A stretch of DNA of 34,860 bases from Candidatus Stahliibacteriota bacterium (GTDB taxonomy: Bacteria > Hydrothermota > Tepidihabitantia > B3-TA06), in the NCBI GenBank assembly GCA_030670165.1, contig DAOVCF010000003.1, positions 1 to 34,860 of the forward strand. The letters are read 5' to 3'. The notes below the pieces were generated by a model. The model was given only the letters and a program-made list of their open reading frames with translations, searched no databases and was not told where the DNA came from. Below are positions 22,485 through 31,941 of this stretch, one piece after another; positions within the stretch are counted from its first letter, which is position 1, and each line of letters starts with the position of its first letter. Position numbers and translations under genes: made by a program.

Positions 22485-25286
22485 ATGAGATTTTTGAAGG
22501 TCGTCGGGCTGTTGTTTATTTTCGCCGGGGTTCTTTCCGCTCAGTATTACTACGGCAAGAACAAGGTCCAGCGAAAGGTTGAGCCGACGTATACCTATGA
22601 AACCGAGCACTTCTCCATCTACATCCAAGAGGGTGGAGAACCCTTGGCCCGGTTCGCCGCCGAGGTACTTGAGGAGGCCTATAAACAGCACTCATCTGAT
22701 TTTGGGTTTGATCTCGGTGTAAAGATCCCGGCGATCATCTATAAATCCCAGCCTGACTTCGCCGCCACCAACATTATCCTTGAGCCGATTGAGGAGTCCA
22801 TAGGCGGGTTCTCAGAGCTTTTCAAGAACCGAATCGTGGTACCCTTCACCGGCTCCTACAAGGAGCTGCGCCACGTGCTTTACCACGAGCTTACCCACAT
22901 CTTTCAGTTCGAGCTTTACTTCTCCCTTACCATCTCTAACCTTTTCTCGCTAGTCCCCGGCTTTATGCCGCCTCTCTGGGTTATGGAAGGCTCGGCGGAG
23001 TTCTGTTCATCCCACGGCGGGGAGGATGCAGACGCCTTTATGCGCGACCTTCTTGTATCAAATAACGTAATCCCTTTAGAGGAGTTTGAGTACTACGCCG
23101 GCTACGTCGTCTACCGGCAGGGTGAGAGTGTGTTCCTTTTCATCGAGGAACGCTACGGACGGGAGAAGGTCTTTGAACTGCTGCATGCTATCAAACTCAG
23201 AAGCAACATGGATGCGGCTTTTAAGAAGGTCTTCGGGATGAACGTCGAGGATTTCGGTACCGATTGGCTTAACTGGCTCAGGATGCGTTACCTGCCGGAT
23301 ATGGAGAATCTTGAGAACCGAAAGACCCAGGCACGACTCCTTACCGATCACGAGAAGGACTTCAGCTACTACAACGGCAGCGTGGCGCTTTCGTCTTCAG
23401 GAACCAAGATAGCCTACGCCACCAGCAAGGGTGATTACATCACCGTAAATGTCATAAGCGCCTTTGACGGCAAGCATCTGAAGAGGCTCATCAAGGCAGG
23501 ACGTTCCGCCACCTTCGAACGCCTTCCCCTTCTGCGCAGGAGCCTTGCCTGGTCGGCTGACGAATCTCATCTTGCAGTAGTTGGCTTTTCACGAAGCAAG
23601 CCGGTGCTCTTATGGATTGACTATGCCTCGGGAAAGACAGAAAAACGATACGAGCTCAAGGTAGACGACGCCTATGCTCCGGCTGTCTCTAGAAACCGCG
23701 TTGTCTACGTAGGCATCAAGGAAGGGCAGAGCGATCTATATTCCCTCGATCTTGCCTCCGGTCGTATCGAGCGTCTGACTTATGATCTGTACGAGGAGGC
23801 CGATCCTTCCTTTGACCGGGACCTCATCCTTTACGTTTCGGACAGGCCCGATGCCGGTGAAACCTGGGAGGTGGGAAGCTATGCTGTATGGGAACTCCTT
23901 GTATCCGGACGCACGAAACGCATCACTCACCGGTTTGCGCATATTGCTTCCCCGTATCGAATAGAGGAAAACCTTTACTTCATCGGCCCGGGTTTTCAGC
24001 TTTATACCTTTTCTCAAGACGACTCGACCCTTACTGCGCTCACCAACTGGTTCGAGAAGATCGAGGAGTTTTCTCCTTCCTTTAGCGGCAAGACGGCGAT
24101 GCTTGTCTACAACAACACTGGCTGGGACGTGGCCATGCTTAACGGTCAAATTACCTCGTTGGTATCCACACAGGAGGCTGATACATCAGAGGTTACTTCC
24201 GAACCTTACCTTTACGAGGAGGAAGAGGTTACGCTCGAAGATTTTTCACGCTATCGCGCCTCATTCTCGCCCGACTACATCTACGGTTCAGGGGCCTACT
24301 CCAGTCTTTACGGGGCAATGGGAAACTTCAGTTTAGGCATAAGTGACATGCTTGGGGATCACCGTATCTACATAGACGCAAATCTTTACGGTGACATACT
24401 TTACTCCGATATCGCGGTCTCTTACTGGTATCTCAAGCACAGGGTAGACTTTGCAGTAGGTGCATTTCAGTTTGCCGATTTCTTTATGTACTGGACCTCG
24501 GATTCAACCTTTAATTACATTGAACGAGCCCGCCGCGGTGTAAGCACCCTGATCTCCGTTCCTGCAAGCAAGTTCTTCCGCGTCCAGACAGGGGCGGATG
24601 CGATGGCGGTGACTCAGCACGAATATCTGGACTGCCGGTTTGTGAGCTACTCGCAGTTTGAGCCGACTTACGACACGTTTTACACCCAGCCTTTGTTCCA
24701 GACCAGCGGTGCTATTATCTTTGACAACGCCTTGTGGAACTATGCTACGCCTATGCGTGGCTTAAGGTTGAGGCTCGGCGGATACTCCTCCGTATTCTCC
24801 TCGCTTAAGTATCAAACGGTTATGACCGATCTAAGGGGGTATCTGGGGATCACACGTAGTGCCTCGTTCGCCATTCGGGGTTTTGGTGGCGCAAGTTTTG
24901 GTAAGGATAACGAATACTTTACCCTGGGAGGAGCCTATGACGTTCGCGGGTACAGTACCTACTACCCCGACTTTGGATCGAAGGTGTTTTTTTCAAATTT
25001 AGAACTGCGAGTGCCGTTTGTTAATCAGTTGGATATTGCCTTTCCGGTTCCACTCACCATTAGCGGCATCCGCGGAGTAGTGTTTACCGACGCAGGTTTC
25101 ATCTGGGATGAGGAATCGCCTGTGTTATGGGAGAACGGCAATCTTGTTGACCTCAAGGCGAGCTACGGAGCCGGTATCCGTTGGCTTTTCGGCTACTGGA
25201 TGCTCAAACTCGATTTTGCAAGACCGTATCAAACAGAAGAAGATAAACCATGGCGCGTTCACTTCAGACTGGGAGCGGATTTTTGA
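22485..25286 (+). CDS. Omp85/BamA-superfamily outer-membrane protein with N-terminal zinc-peptidase (MA-like) and TolB/PD40 propeller domains
   Basis: Signal peptide; HELTH plus WVMEGSAE; PD40-like repeats (SDLYSLDL...RLTYD...DPSF...YVSDR); barrel with LGGAYDVRGY and NLELRVP; terminal Phe. Confidence 0.85.
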   Translation: MRFLKVVGLLFIFAGVLSAQYYYGKNKVQRKVEPTYTYETEHFSIYIQEGGEPLARFAAEVLEEAYKQHSSDFGFDLGVKIPAIIYKSQPDFAATNIILEPIEESIGGFSELFKNRIVVPFTGSYKELRHVLYHELTHIFQFELYFSLTISNLFSLVPGFMPPLWVMEGSAEFCSSHGGEDADAFMRDLLVSNNVIPLEEFEYYAGYVVYRQGESVFLFIEERYGREKVFELLHAIKLRSNMDAAFKKVFGMNVEDFGTDWLNWLRMRYLPDMENLENRKTQARLLTDHEKDFSYYNGSVALSSSGTKIAYATSKGDYITVNVISAFDGKHLKRLIKAGRSATFERLPLLRRSLAWSADESHLAVVGFSRSKPVLLWIDYASGKTEKRYELKVDDAYAPAVSRNRVVYVGIKEGQSDLYSLDLASGRIERLTYDLYEEADPSFDRDLILYVSDRPDAGETWEVGSYAVWELLVSGRTKRITHRFAHIASPYRIEENLYFIGPGFQLYTFSQDDSTLTALTNWFEKIEEFSPSFSGKTAMLVYNNTGWDVAMLNGQITSLVSTQEADTSEVTSEPYLYEEEEVTLEDFSRYRASFSPDYIYGSGAYSSLYGAMGNFSLGISDMLGDHRIYIDANLYGDILYSDIAVSYWYLKHRVDFAVGAFQFADFFMYWTSDSTFNYIERARRGVSTLISVPASKFFRVQTGADAMAVTQHEYLDCRFVSYSQFEPTYDTFYTQPLFQTSGAIIFDNALWNYATPMRGLRLRLGGYSSVFSSLKYQTVMTDLRGYLGITRSASFAIRGFGGASFGKDNEYFTLGGAYDVRGYSTYYPDFGSKVFFSNLELRVPFVNQLDIAFPVPLTISGIRGVVFTDAGFIWDEESPVLWENGNLVDLKASYGAGIRWLFGYWMLKLDFARPYQTEEDKPWRVHFRLGADF

Positions 25287-26479
25287 TGAGAAGATTGGCT
25301 TCTTTTGCGTTTTTTGCGGTAATCGTGGGTGCAGGTTGTGTTCGGGTTGTAAGGCCGCCTTCTGATTTGATCTACGAGGATGTTCCCCAGTACGCATGGG
25401 AAAGCCTTAAACAGCAGGGTTCTTTCAGGTTTGATTACTACGTGGTTCGCAGTTCTATGCAGTTTGAGGTTCAGGGTTCAGGCGTCGTGGTTTTGCCGGA
25501 TGCCCTGCGATTTAAGGGCACATGGCGGATGGGGGAAGAAGAGCGCGTTCTTAATCTGGCCGCCGCTGGAGACTACCAGCTTGAGAGGCAGGGCAGCGAA
25601 TGGATACCCCGACAGAAGAGTGAGGAGGCGAAGATCCTTGAGCAGGCCGATCGAGTGATCCGCAAGGCGCTTCTTCGCAGGAAGGGAAGGGGATTTGAGC
25701 TGGTTGAAGACGATGGGGAAACGATTACTTACTCATTCCAGCCGAACCTCTTTTATCTTGACCCCGGCTTTGAGAAGAAATACACCGCCGAGCTTGTGGT
25801 GGATGGACGCACGTTTCTTCCTAGAAAGATAAACGCCCGCTCCGATGATGACGACATCCAGTTCAAATTCAGCGTCTTGGGTGTCAACAGGCGCAAAAAA
25901 ATCAGGATTCCGTTTTCGGAAAACTTCAAACTCACCTATGCTCTTGAAGAAGGTAGATTTGCCGAGGCTAAGTCGGTGCTTCGCAAGCGCCTGAAGGATG
26001 TGGGCCGCGCATCGCGTATGCGCATCAAAGCAGGGAACCTCGAAGCAGCACTTACATTTCCCGTGGACAAACAAGTGGCAGAGATCCTTGGCGAACCGGG
26101 CCAGCTGGTTATTCTGGGTCTTAACCTTGAGGGCGCAGGTCCACAGATCAACACGCGAGGGGAACTCTCGGATATCTTCCACATCGCCGATACCGTAGCC
26201 GTGCCCGTGGTGCGATCCGTAGGGGTTGGTTTCGACTCACTCAGTCGGCCCCTGCTTGAGTTAACCATTACAAACCCAGAGCCTCGATCACGTGCCTTTG
26301 ACTATCTTGGGGTGGCGGTCGATGGGGTGCTTTATGAGGTCCTTCCGGTTGACAATCCCACGGATGTCCTTAGGATTGCTAACGTGACCACATACGAGGA
26401 AGCCATTGCATTGAGCATAAAGCTGCAGAGGCCGTTCAACGGGCAACTGCGGTTCCTGGATCAGGAAAGACTCAGATGA
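25286..26479 (+). CDS. Lipoprotein of unknown function (LolA/LppX-like N-half, SecD-P1-like C-half)
   Basis: Start moved to ATG 25286 (TGATG overlap); lipobox-like VIVGAG-C; no further TM segment; domain resemblances by eye only. Confidence 0.75.
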   Translation: MRRLASFAFFAVIVGAGCVRVVRPPSDLIYEDVPQYAWESLKQQGSFRFDYYVVRSSMQFEVQGSGVVVLPDALRFKGTWRMGEEERVLNLAAAGDYQLERQGSEWIPRQKSEEAKILEQADRVIRKALLRRKGRGFELVEDDGETITYSFQPNLFYLDPGFEKKYTAELVVDGRTFLPRKINARSDDDDIQFKFSVLGVNRRKKIRIPFSENFKLTYALEEGRFAEAKSVLRKRLKDVGRASRMRIKAGNLEAALTFPVDKQVAEILGEPGQLVILGLNLEGAGPQINTRGELSDIFHIADTVAVPVVRSVGVGFDSLSRPLLELTITNPEPRSRAFDYLGVAVDGVLYEVLPVDNPTDVLRIANVTTYEEAIALSIKLQRPFNGQLRFLDQERLR

Positions 26480-27975
26480 GATTCGATTTTGTTCTTGCAC
26501 TCTACGCAGTCGTTATCATGATCCTTACAATGTATGCCGTGCATGCCTGGATTATGTTCTTCTACTACATCCGCTCTCGCCACAAGAAGCCTCTGCAGGC
26601 CAAGGCCATCGAGAAGTTCCCTCTGGTATGCGTCCAGCTGCCGATGTACAACGAGAAGTATGTGGTTGAGCGTCTTTTGAAGTGGGTAACCAGGCTTGAT
26701 TGGCCCCGTAATAGACTGGATATTCAGGTGCTTGACGATTCAACCGACGAGACCACTGAGATATGCCGTCGTCTGGTTAAGTATTACCGTGCAGAGGGCT
26801 TTCGCATACGTTTGCTGCACCGGACGGATCGCGAGGGCTACAAGGGCGGTGCGCTTACCGAGGGTCTTCGTAAGACTCGCGCGTCATTGGTGGCGGTTTT
26901 TGATGCCGATTTCCTGCCCCCGCCGGATTTCTTGAAAAGAACCATTCCCTATTTCTCTGATCGGAAGGTTGCAGTGGTGCAGTCGCGCTGGGAACACATA
27001 AACCACGACTACTCTATACTCACCCGCGTACAGGCCATCCTTTTGGATCAGCACTTTGCCATCGAGCAGCAGATGCGCAACCGTTTTGGCCACTTCATGA
27101 CTTTTAACGGAACCGCCGGGGTGTGGCGCAAGCGTGCCATCGAGGACGCAGGCGGCTGGGACGGCAACTGCCTTGCCGAGGATGTAGATTTAAGCTTCCG
27201 TGCCCAGCTGAAAGGGTGGAAGTTCATCTATCTCAACGACTTGAAAAGTCCATCAGAACTTCCCATTGATGTCGCCGGCTTCAAATCACAGCAGTTCCGC
27301 TGGGCCAAGGGAACCATCCAGGCCGGTAAAAAGCTCCTGCCCTCTATCCTTTCAAGCAAACTGAGCTTCCTTTCCAAGTTCGAAGCGGTGGTTCACGTTA
27401 CGGCACATCTGGTGTACCCTCTTCTATTGATGCTTGCACTTCTCACCTTGCCGCTTCTGTTGGTTCGTAACTCGGGTGCAGATTACCGTTCCTACTTTGT
27501 GTTCATGAGCGTATTCTCTATCGGGGCTTTACCGTACTTTCTGCTTTACTTCTTTGCCCAGAAGGATTCCTATCCGGATTGGAAAAGCCGTCTGGGTGCC
27601 ATTCCCTTTGTGATCTCGGCTGTGATGGCGCTTTGTGTGAACAACAGCATCGCAGTGATTGAAGGTTTCCTGGGCAAAGCATCTGAGTTCGTGCGAACCC
27701 CCAAGTACAACATTACGGCCCGGGACATAGCTGATCATAAAAGGGGATATCGTGCCAAGCTTAAGCCGTCGACATTTGTCGAGCTTGGGCTGGGGATCTA
27801 CCTTACCGCGACCGTCGTCTACGCTCTTGTGACCATGCAGTTCGCCATACTTCCTTTCATTGTACTTTACGCATTCGGCTTCCTTTACTTCAGCCTTTCT
27901 GCGATCTCGACTGCGCTTAAGAAAGATCGGGTGAGTGTAAGGGTACCCGTGTATGATAGAGCTGAAACCCCCTGA
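26476..27975 (+). CDS. Processive GT2 glycosyltransferase (cellulose-synthase-like, CslA/CslC-type)
   Basis: QLPMYNE, QVLDDSTD, GYKGGAL, FDADF, FNGTAGVWR, EDVDLS, QQFRWAKG (D,D,D,QxxRW); N- and C-terminal TM segments. Confidence 0.92.
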   Translation: MRFDFVLALYAVVIMILTMYAVHAWIMFFYYIRSRHKKPLQAKAIEKFPLVCVQLPMYNEKYVVERLLKWVTRLDWPRNRLDIQVLDDSTDETTEICRRLVKYYRAEGFRIRLLHRTDREGYKGGALTEGLRKTRASLVAVFDADFLPPPDFLKRTIPYFSDRKVAVVQSRWEHINHDYSILTRVQAILLDQHFAIEQQMRNRFGHFMTFNGTAGVWRKRAIEDAGGWDGNCLAEDVDLSFRAQLKGWKFIYLNDLKSPSELPIDVAGFKSQQFRWAKGTIQAGKKLLPSILSSKLSFLSKFEAVVHVTAHLVYPLLLMLALLTLPLLLVRNSGADYRSYFVFMSVFSIGALPYFLLYFFAQKDSYPDWKSRLGAIPFVISAVMALCVNNSIAVIEGFLGKASEFVRTPKYNITARDIADHKRGYRAKLKPSTFVELGLGIYLTATVVYALVTMQFAILPFIVLYAFGFLYFSLSAISTALKKDRVSVRVPVYDRAETP

Positions 27976-28110
27976 GGCTCTTCGTTCTCCTTGCTGCGGC
28001 CTCAAATTAAACTATAATCGAGAGGAGTTGTTTGTAAAAAATGCAGACTGGTTTACCATTTAAAAGATGGTATACCTGTTATACTCAGAGAGGAGGCCGG
28101 GGAGAAATAA
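27953..28110 (+). pseudogene. Trm112/YcaR-like small protein gene split by a 1-nt frameshift (missing from the ORF track)
   Basis: Frame 2 from ATG 27953 reads MIELKPPEALRSPCCGLKLNYNREEL; frame 1 from 28030 reads VCKKCRLVYHLKDGIPVILREEAGEK*; its TAA overlaps the next ATG (TAATG at 28108-28112). Confidence 0.8.
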
Positions 28111-31100
28111 TGAAAAGAATCGCTATCTATCTTTTGTTGATTGCTTCTGGATTGTGGGCACAGCCGCGAGTTGTTTCAACCTCCCTTGCAGGGGTTCAGG
28201 TTAAGATTGACGCTCCCGGTGAGATTGGACTTTTACACTCTCACGGCAGGATAAATCTTGCCTCGCTTTATCCAGATGCCTGGGTGATCGGTGAGCCAGG
28301 AGGTCCGGCGTTGCCTCGTTATCGAATCATACTCGGGGTTCCGACCGAGGGGGATGTGCATTTTAGCTACTCATTCGGCCCCTCACGTGAGCTTCGTGGA
28401 ATCGAAGTTTCCACCTACGAGGTCCCGGCGATCGGCCCTGAGCCAAAACCGGCGCTTGATTGGGCAGACGACCTTGAGCCAGTGAGTTTTAACCTCACGC
28501 GATGGCGCGGATGCCGGGTGGCCGTTATTGAGGTTACCCCCTTGCGTTACGATTACGACGAGCGGCGTCTTATTCTCTACGATGGGATAACCATTAACCT
28601 GACCTTTGAGAATCCTTCGTCGACCGGGGTCATTCCCGCGCGGAATGATCCTGCGGAACGCATCTATGAGGCTGCGCTTTTGAACTATGATCAGAGCAAG
28701 GGTTGGCGTCTTTATCCCCAGGCCGTTCCTTCAAACCCCTTTGAAGGATCAACCAACTGGGTCAAGGTAACCGTTTCAGAAGACGGTGCCTACAGGATTC
28801 GTTTCCGAGACCTTAAAAAGATCGGGGTCGATCCAAAGAAAATAGATCCACGAACCCTGCGGTTGCTCTACCCTGACCAGCGAGGCCCTGAGGAGCCATT
28901 GCCGGATACGTTGGCAGAACTGCCTGTCTACGTGCATGGGGAATCCGACGGGTCGCTTGATCGCCACGATTACATCGTTTTCTTTGCACGCGGTGCAAAT
29001 CATTGGGACTTTGATGAACGAAGCTTTAAGGTCAATCCATTTGTTCATGAGAACGTCTACTGGTTAACCTGGGGCGGTGAGAAGGGACGTCGCATCCGGA
29101 CTCGCGCAGCTTATCCATTATCTGAGGATGCTGTAACTACTGCCCAAAGCGTGCTTCACTTTGAGGAAGATCATGAATGTCCTGGTCGTTCCGGGCTCCT
29201 GTGGTTGTGGAAGGCCATTACGAAGAGCACGGTCGCCGCTGTAGATACGTTTCTTCTGGATCTCTCCGGCGTGACTCGGATAGATACATTTACCTTTAGA
29301 GCTTACACTACTACTGAGGAGACGGGTTTTCGTTTGCTTTTTGAGGGTGATACGCTTTATTACAGGGATGTAGCCGGATGGGGTACCAATCCGCCATACT
29401 ATACCGTTGTTTCTCCGGATGTGGTTATAGATGAGGAGTTGTTTTTAGAGATAGAGGTATTCGGACCCGGACAGCAGGAGTTGTATCCTGACTGGATACG
29501 TGTGGTAGCAGAGCGTGAGCTTTCATTCAAGCATGGGTCGTTCTGGGTTCAGCTTGACGGACAAGGTACTTATCTCTTTACCAACCTCAGATCGGCTCCG
29601 TTCATCTTCGACGTCAGCGAGCCTTCTGATCCTGTAATTTTGACGGACTGGGAACTTAGCCGTGGAAAGCTCAGGATGAGTGCTCGGACAGTGAAAGATG
29701 TGCCGATCTGGGTAACTGAGGAGCGCAGGTTGCTAACTCCAGGTCTAGAGAAGGCCGAACCAGGAAAGCTTTGGAACGAGGACTGGTCGGTTGACTATCT
29801 TGTACTCTCCACCAACGAGAACCTGGATGCCGCTCAGGCTTTTGTGGAGTACCGCAGCCAGAATCTGAAGATGAGTGGGGTGAATTTCCCAAGGGCAAAG
29901 GCAGTTGCTTTGGCAGATGTAGTTCAGGACTTCGGCTACGGATTGGCCCAGCCGCAGGCAGTACGCCACTTCCTTTCCTACGCCTACGAGAAAGGTGGTG
30001 GCCGTCCGTTCTACGCTTTGATCCTTGGCGACGGGACCTACGACTACAAGAACAACCTGAACTATACGTCGAGGCCCGAGTATTTCCTCATCTACACCTC
30101 GGGTTACGTAATCGATCCCAATGTTTACGCGTCTCAGGCTGCCGCTAAGGAAGGCTGGTTTGTAGAATTCGATGAGGAAGGGAAGTTTTTCCCTGAGATG
30201 TCTATAGCAAGGATTACCGCACGCGACCTTCGAGAGGCTTACGCGGCGCTCGATAAGATAAAGGCCTACGAATCCGCCCCACGCGAGGCTTGGAGTACAC
30301 GGGTACTCTTGCTTGCCGACGATTACTACAAGGGTACGCCTACAGAGATTGACTCAGGGATGAATCATATCCCTGCCAACGAAGGTATTGCCAAACTGCT
30401 TTCCCCGGAGTTCGATCCGGTCAAGGTTTATCTTTCCGATTACGCACTCGTCGGTGGAAAGAAGCCCGACGCCGAAAAGGCGCTGATTGATGCGTTGAAT
30501 CAAGGGGCGTTGCTTTGGTTCTTCTTCGGACATGGTAACGGAAGCCAGCTGACCCATGAGAAGGTGTTCATGAATACCGACGTTCCAAAGGTACGCAACG
30601 GCAGCAAGCTTCCTTTCGCAATGTTCTGTTCGTGCGGGGTGGGTCGTTTCGATGATACCCGTTGGGAGTGTGTCGCAGAGGAGCTTTTACGTAGCGAAGC
30701 AGGAGGCGTGATCGCCGCCATTGCGGCTACCAAGGGAACCGAGGCCGGTTCTAACAAGCTACTCGCGGATAGCTTGGCTCGCGCGTTCCGCAACGTAAAA
30801 AATTTGAACGTTGGGGACCTCTTTTTCGCCATGGGCTATGCGCCCGATTCATTTGGCAATCCTAGTAAAGATCAACTCTATGTCCTGTTCGGGGATCCGG
30901 GTATCCCGTTGCTATTCCCGACAGCGCAAAGTTTTGAATCGGAGGTGGAGAGCTTCGCTACTGGAGATACCGCAGTGATCTCGTTTGAGCCACCGATGAC
31001 TTCGGGGAAGTGGTTTTCTTCAGCCTATGGGAGTTGGGTGAGAAAGACATCTTCTGGAATAACGGAGACTTACTACGCCAAGGGAGAGGTGCTTTACCGC

Positions 31101-31937
31101 GCCCGTGGTGAGCTTGACGGTGGAGAGCGAACCCTGCGGTTTCTTGTTCCAGCAGGGATAAAGCAAGGGGATTCCGCCTACTGGCACGTGGCTTGTGCTG
31201 ACGAGGACTCAATCTATACCTACCCTCTCCTTCTCGACGGAATCAGCGTAGACAGTGTTGGCTGGACAACCACCGACTCCGCAGGACCTCAAGCTCGGCT
31301 TTTGGTCAACGGGCTTGAGGTCGTCGACAGGGACACGGTGCCGCCGTCTTTTACCCTGACGGTCGAGCTCGAGGATCCATCAGGGATAAACCTTACCGGA
31401 CTGGCCGGCTGGAAGGGCGACTCACTCAGCCTTGTGATCAATAACAAGGTTATCGATCTGGCGAACTATTTCGAGTACGAGGTGACTGGCGATGGTCTTG
31501 CAACGAGGGGGGCTGCAGACATTCCGGTTGACCTGACCAGCGAAGAGAATTCACTTACCCTCCACGCGGTTGATAACCTGCTTAATTCAAAAGACTACAA
31601 TCTTACCCTCTATACCTCTTTTGTGCGTGAGCTTGAGATCGCGGACCCGCTGGTTTACCCCAACCCTGTTTCTATCACAGCCGAGTTTACGTTCGATTTG
31701 AGCGCCGCCTCAAGGGTAACGATACAGATCTTCACGGTAAGCGGTCGGCTGGTGCGTCGGTTGCCTGCGTTTTCTTACCCGGCAGGGTTCGGTGCTTACT
31801 TCTGGGACGGCCTTGATGCGGAGGGCAGGCCTCTGCCAAACGGGGTCTACATCTACCGTTTGAGTGCCGAAAGCGAAGACGCGTGGTTGCCTAACGCACG
31901 TACCGCGGTTACCGGAAAGTTCATCGTCGTTCACTAA
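28110..31937 (+). CDS. porU: PorU-like C25 (gingipain-family) cysteine peptidase/sortase with propeptide and FlgD/T9SS-like CTD
   Basis: Start moved to ATG 28110 (signal MKRIAIYLLLIASGLWA); WVKVTVSEDGAYRI, ENVYWLTW, LILGDGTYDYKN, catalytic FFGHG and CSCGVGRFD, YVLFGDP, DPSGINLTG, VYPNP...WDGLDAEGRPLPNGVYIYRL. Confidence 0.82.
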   Translation: MKRIAIYLLLIASGLWAQPRVVSTSLAGVQVKIDAPGEIGLLHSHGRINLASLYPDAWVIGEPGGPALPRYRIILGVPTEGDVHFSYSFGPSRELRGIEVSTYEVPAIGPEPKPALDWADDLEPVSFNLTRWRGCRVAVIEVTPLRYDYDERRLILYDGITINLTFENPSSTGVIPARNDPAERIYEAALLNYDQSKGWRLYPQAVPSNPFEGSTNWVKVTVSEDGAYRIRFRDLKKIGVDPKKIDPRTLRLLYPDQRGPEEPLPDTLAELPVYVHGESDGSLDRHDYIVFFARGANHWDFDERSFKVNPFVHENVYWLTWGGEKGRRIRTRAAYPLSEDAVTTAQSVLHFEEDHECPGRSGLLWLWKAITKSTVAAVDTFLLDLSGVTRIDTFTFRAYTTTEETGFRLLFEGDTLYYRDVAGWGTNPPYYTVVSPDVVIDEELFLEIEVFGPGQQELYPDWIRVVAERELSFKHGSFWVQLDGQGTYLFTNLRSAPFIFDVSEPSDPVILTDWELSRGKLRMSARTVKDVPIWVTEERRLLTPGLEKAEPGKLWNEDWSVDYLVLSTNENLDAAQAFVEYRSQNLKMSGVNFPRAKAVALADVVQDFGYGLAQPQAVRHFLSYAYEKGGGRPFYALILGDGTYDYKNNLNYTSRPEYFLIYTSGYVIDPNVYASQAAAKEGWFVEFDEEGKFFPEMSIARITARDLREAYAALDKIKAYESAPREAWSTRVLLLADDYYKGTPTEIDSGMNHIPANEGIAKLLSPEFDPVKVYLSDYALVGGKKPDAEKALIDALNQGALLWFFFGHGNGSQLTHEKVFMNTDVPKVRNGSKLPFAMFCSCGVGRFDDTRWECVAEELLRSEAGGVIAAIAATKGTEAGSNKLLADSLARAFRNVKNLNVGDLFFAMGYAPDSFGNPSKDQLYVLFGDPGIPLLFPTAQSFESEVESFATGDTAVISFEPPMTSGKWFSSAYGSWVRKTSSGITETYYAKGEVLYRARGELDGGERTLRFLVPAGIKQGDSAYWHVACADEDSIYTYPLLLDGISVDSVGWTTTDSAGPQARLLVNGLEVVDRDTVPPSFTLTVELEDPSGINLTGLAGWKGDSLSLVINNKVIDLANYFEYEVTGDGLATRGAADIPVDLTSEENSLTLHAVDNLLNSKDYNLTLYTSFVRELEIADPLVYPNPVSITAEFTFDLSAASRVTIQIFTVSGRLVRRLPAFSYPAGFGAYFWDGLDAEGRPLPNGVYIYRLSAESEDAWLPNARTAVTGKFIVVH

Positions 31938-31941
31938 CCCT

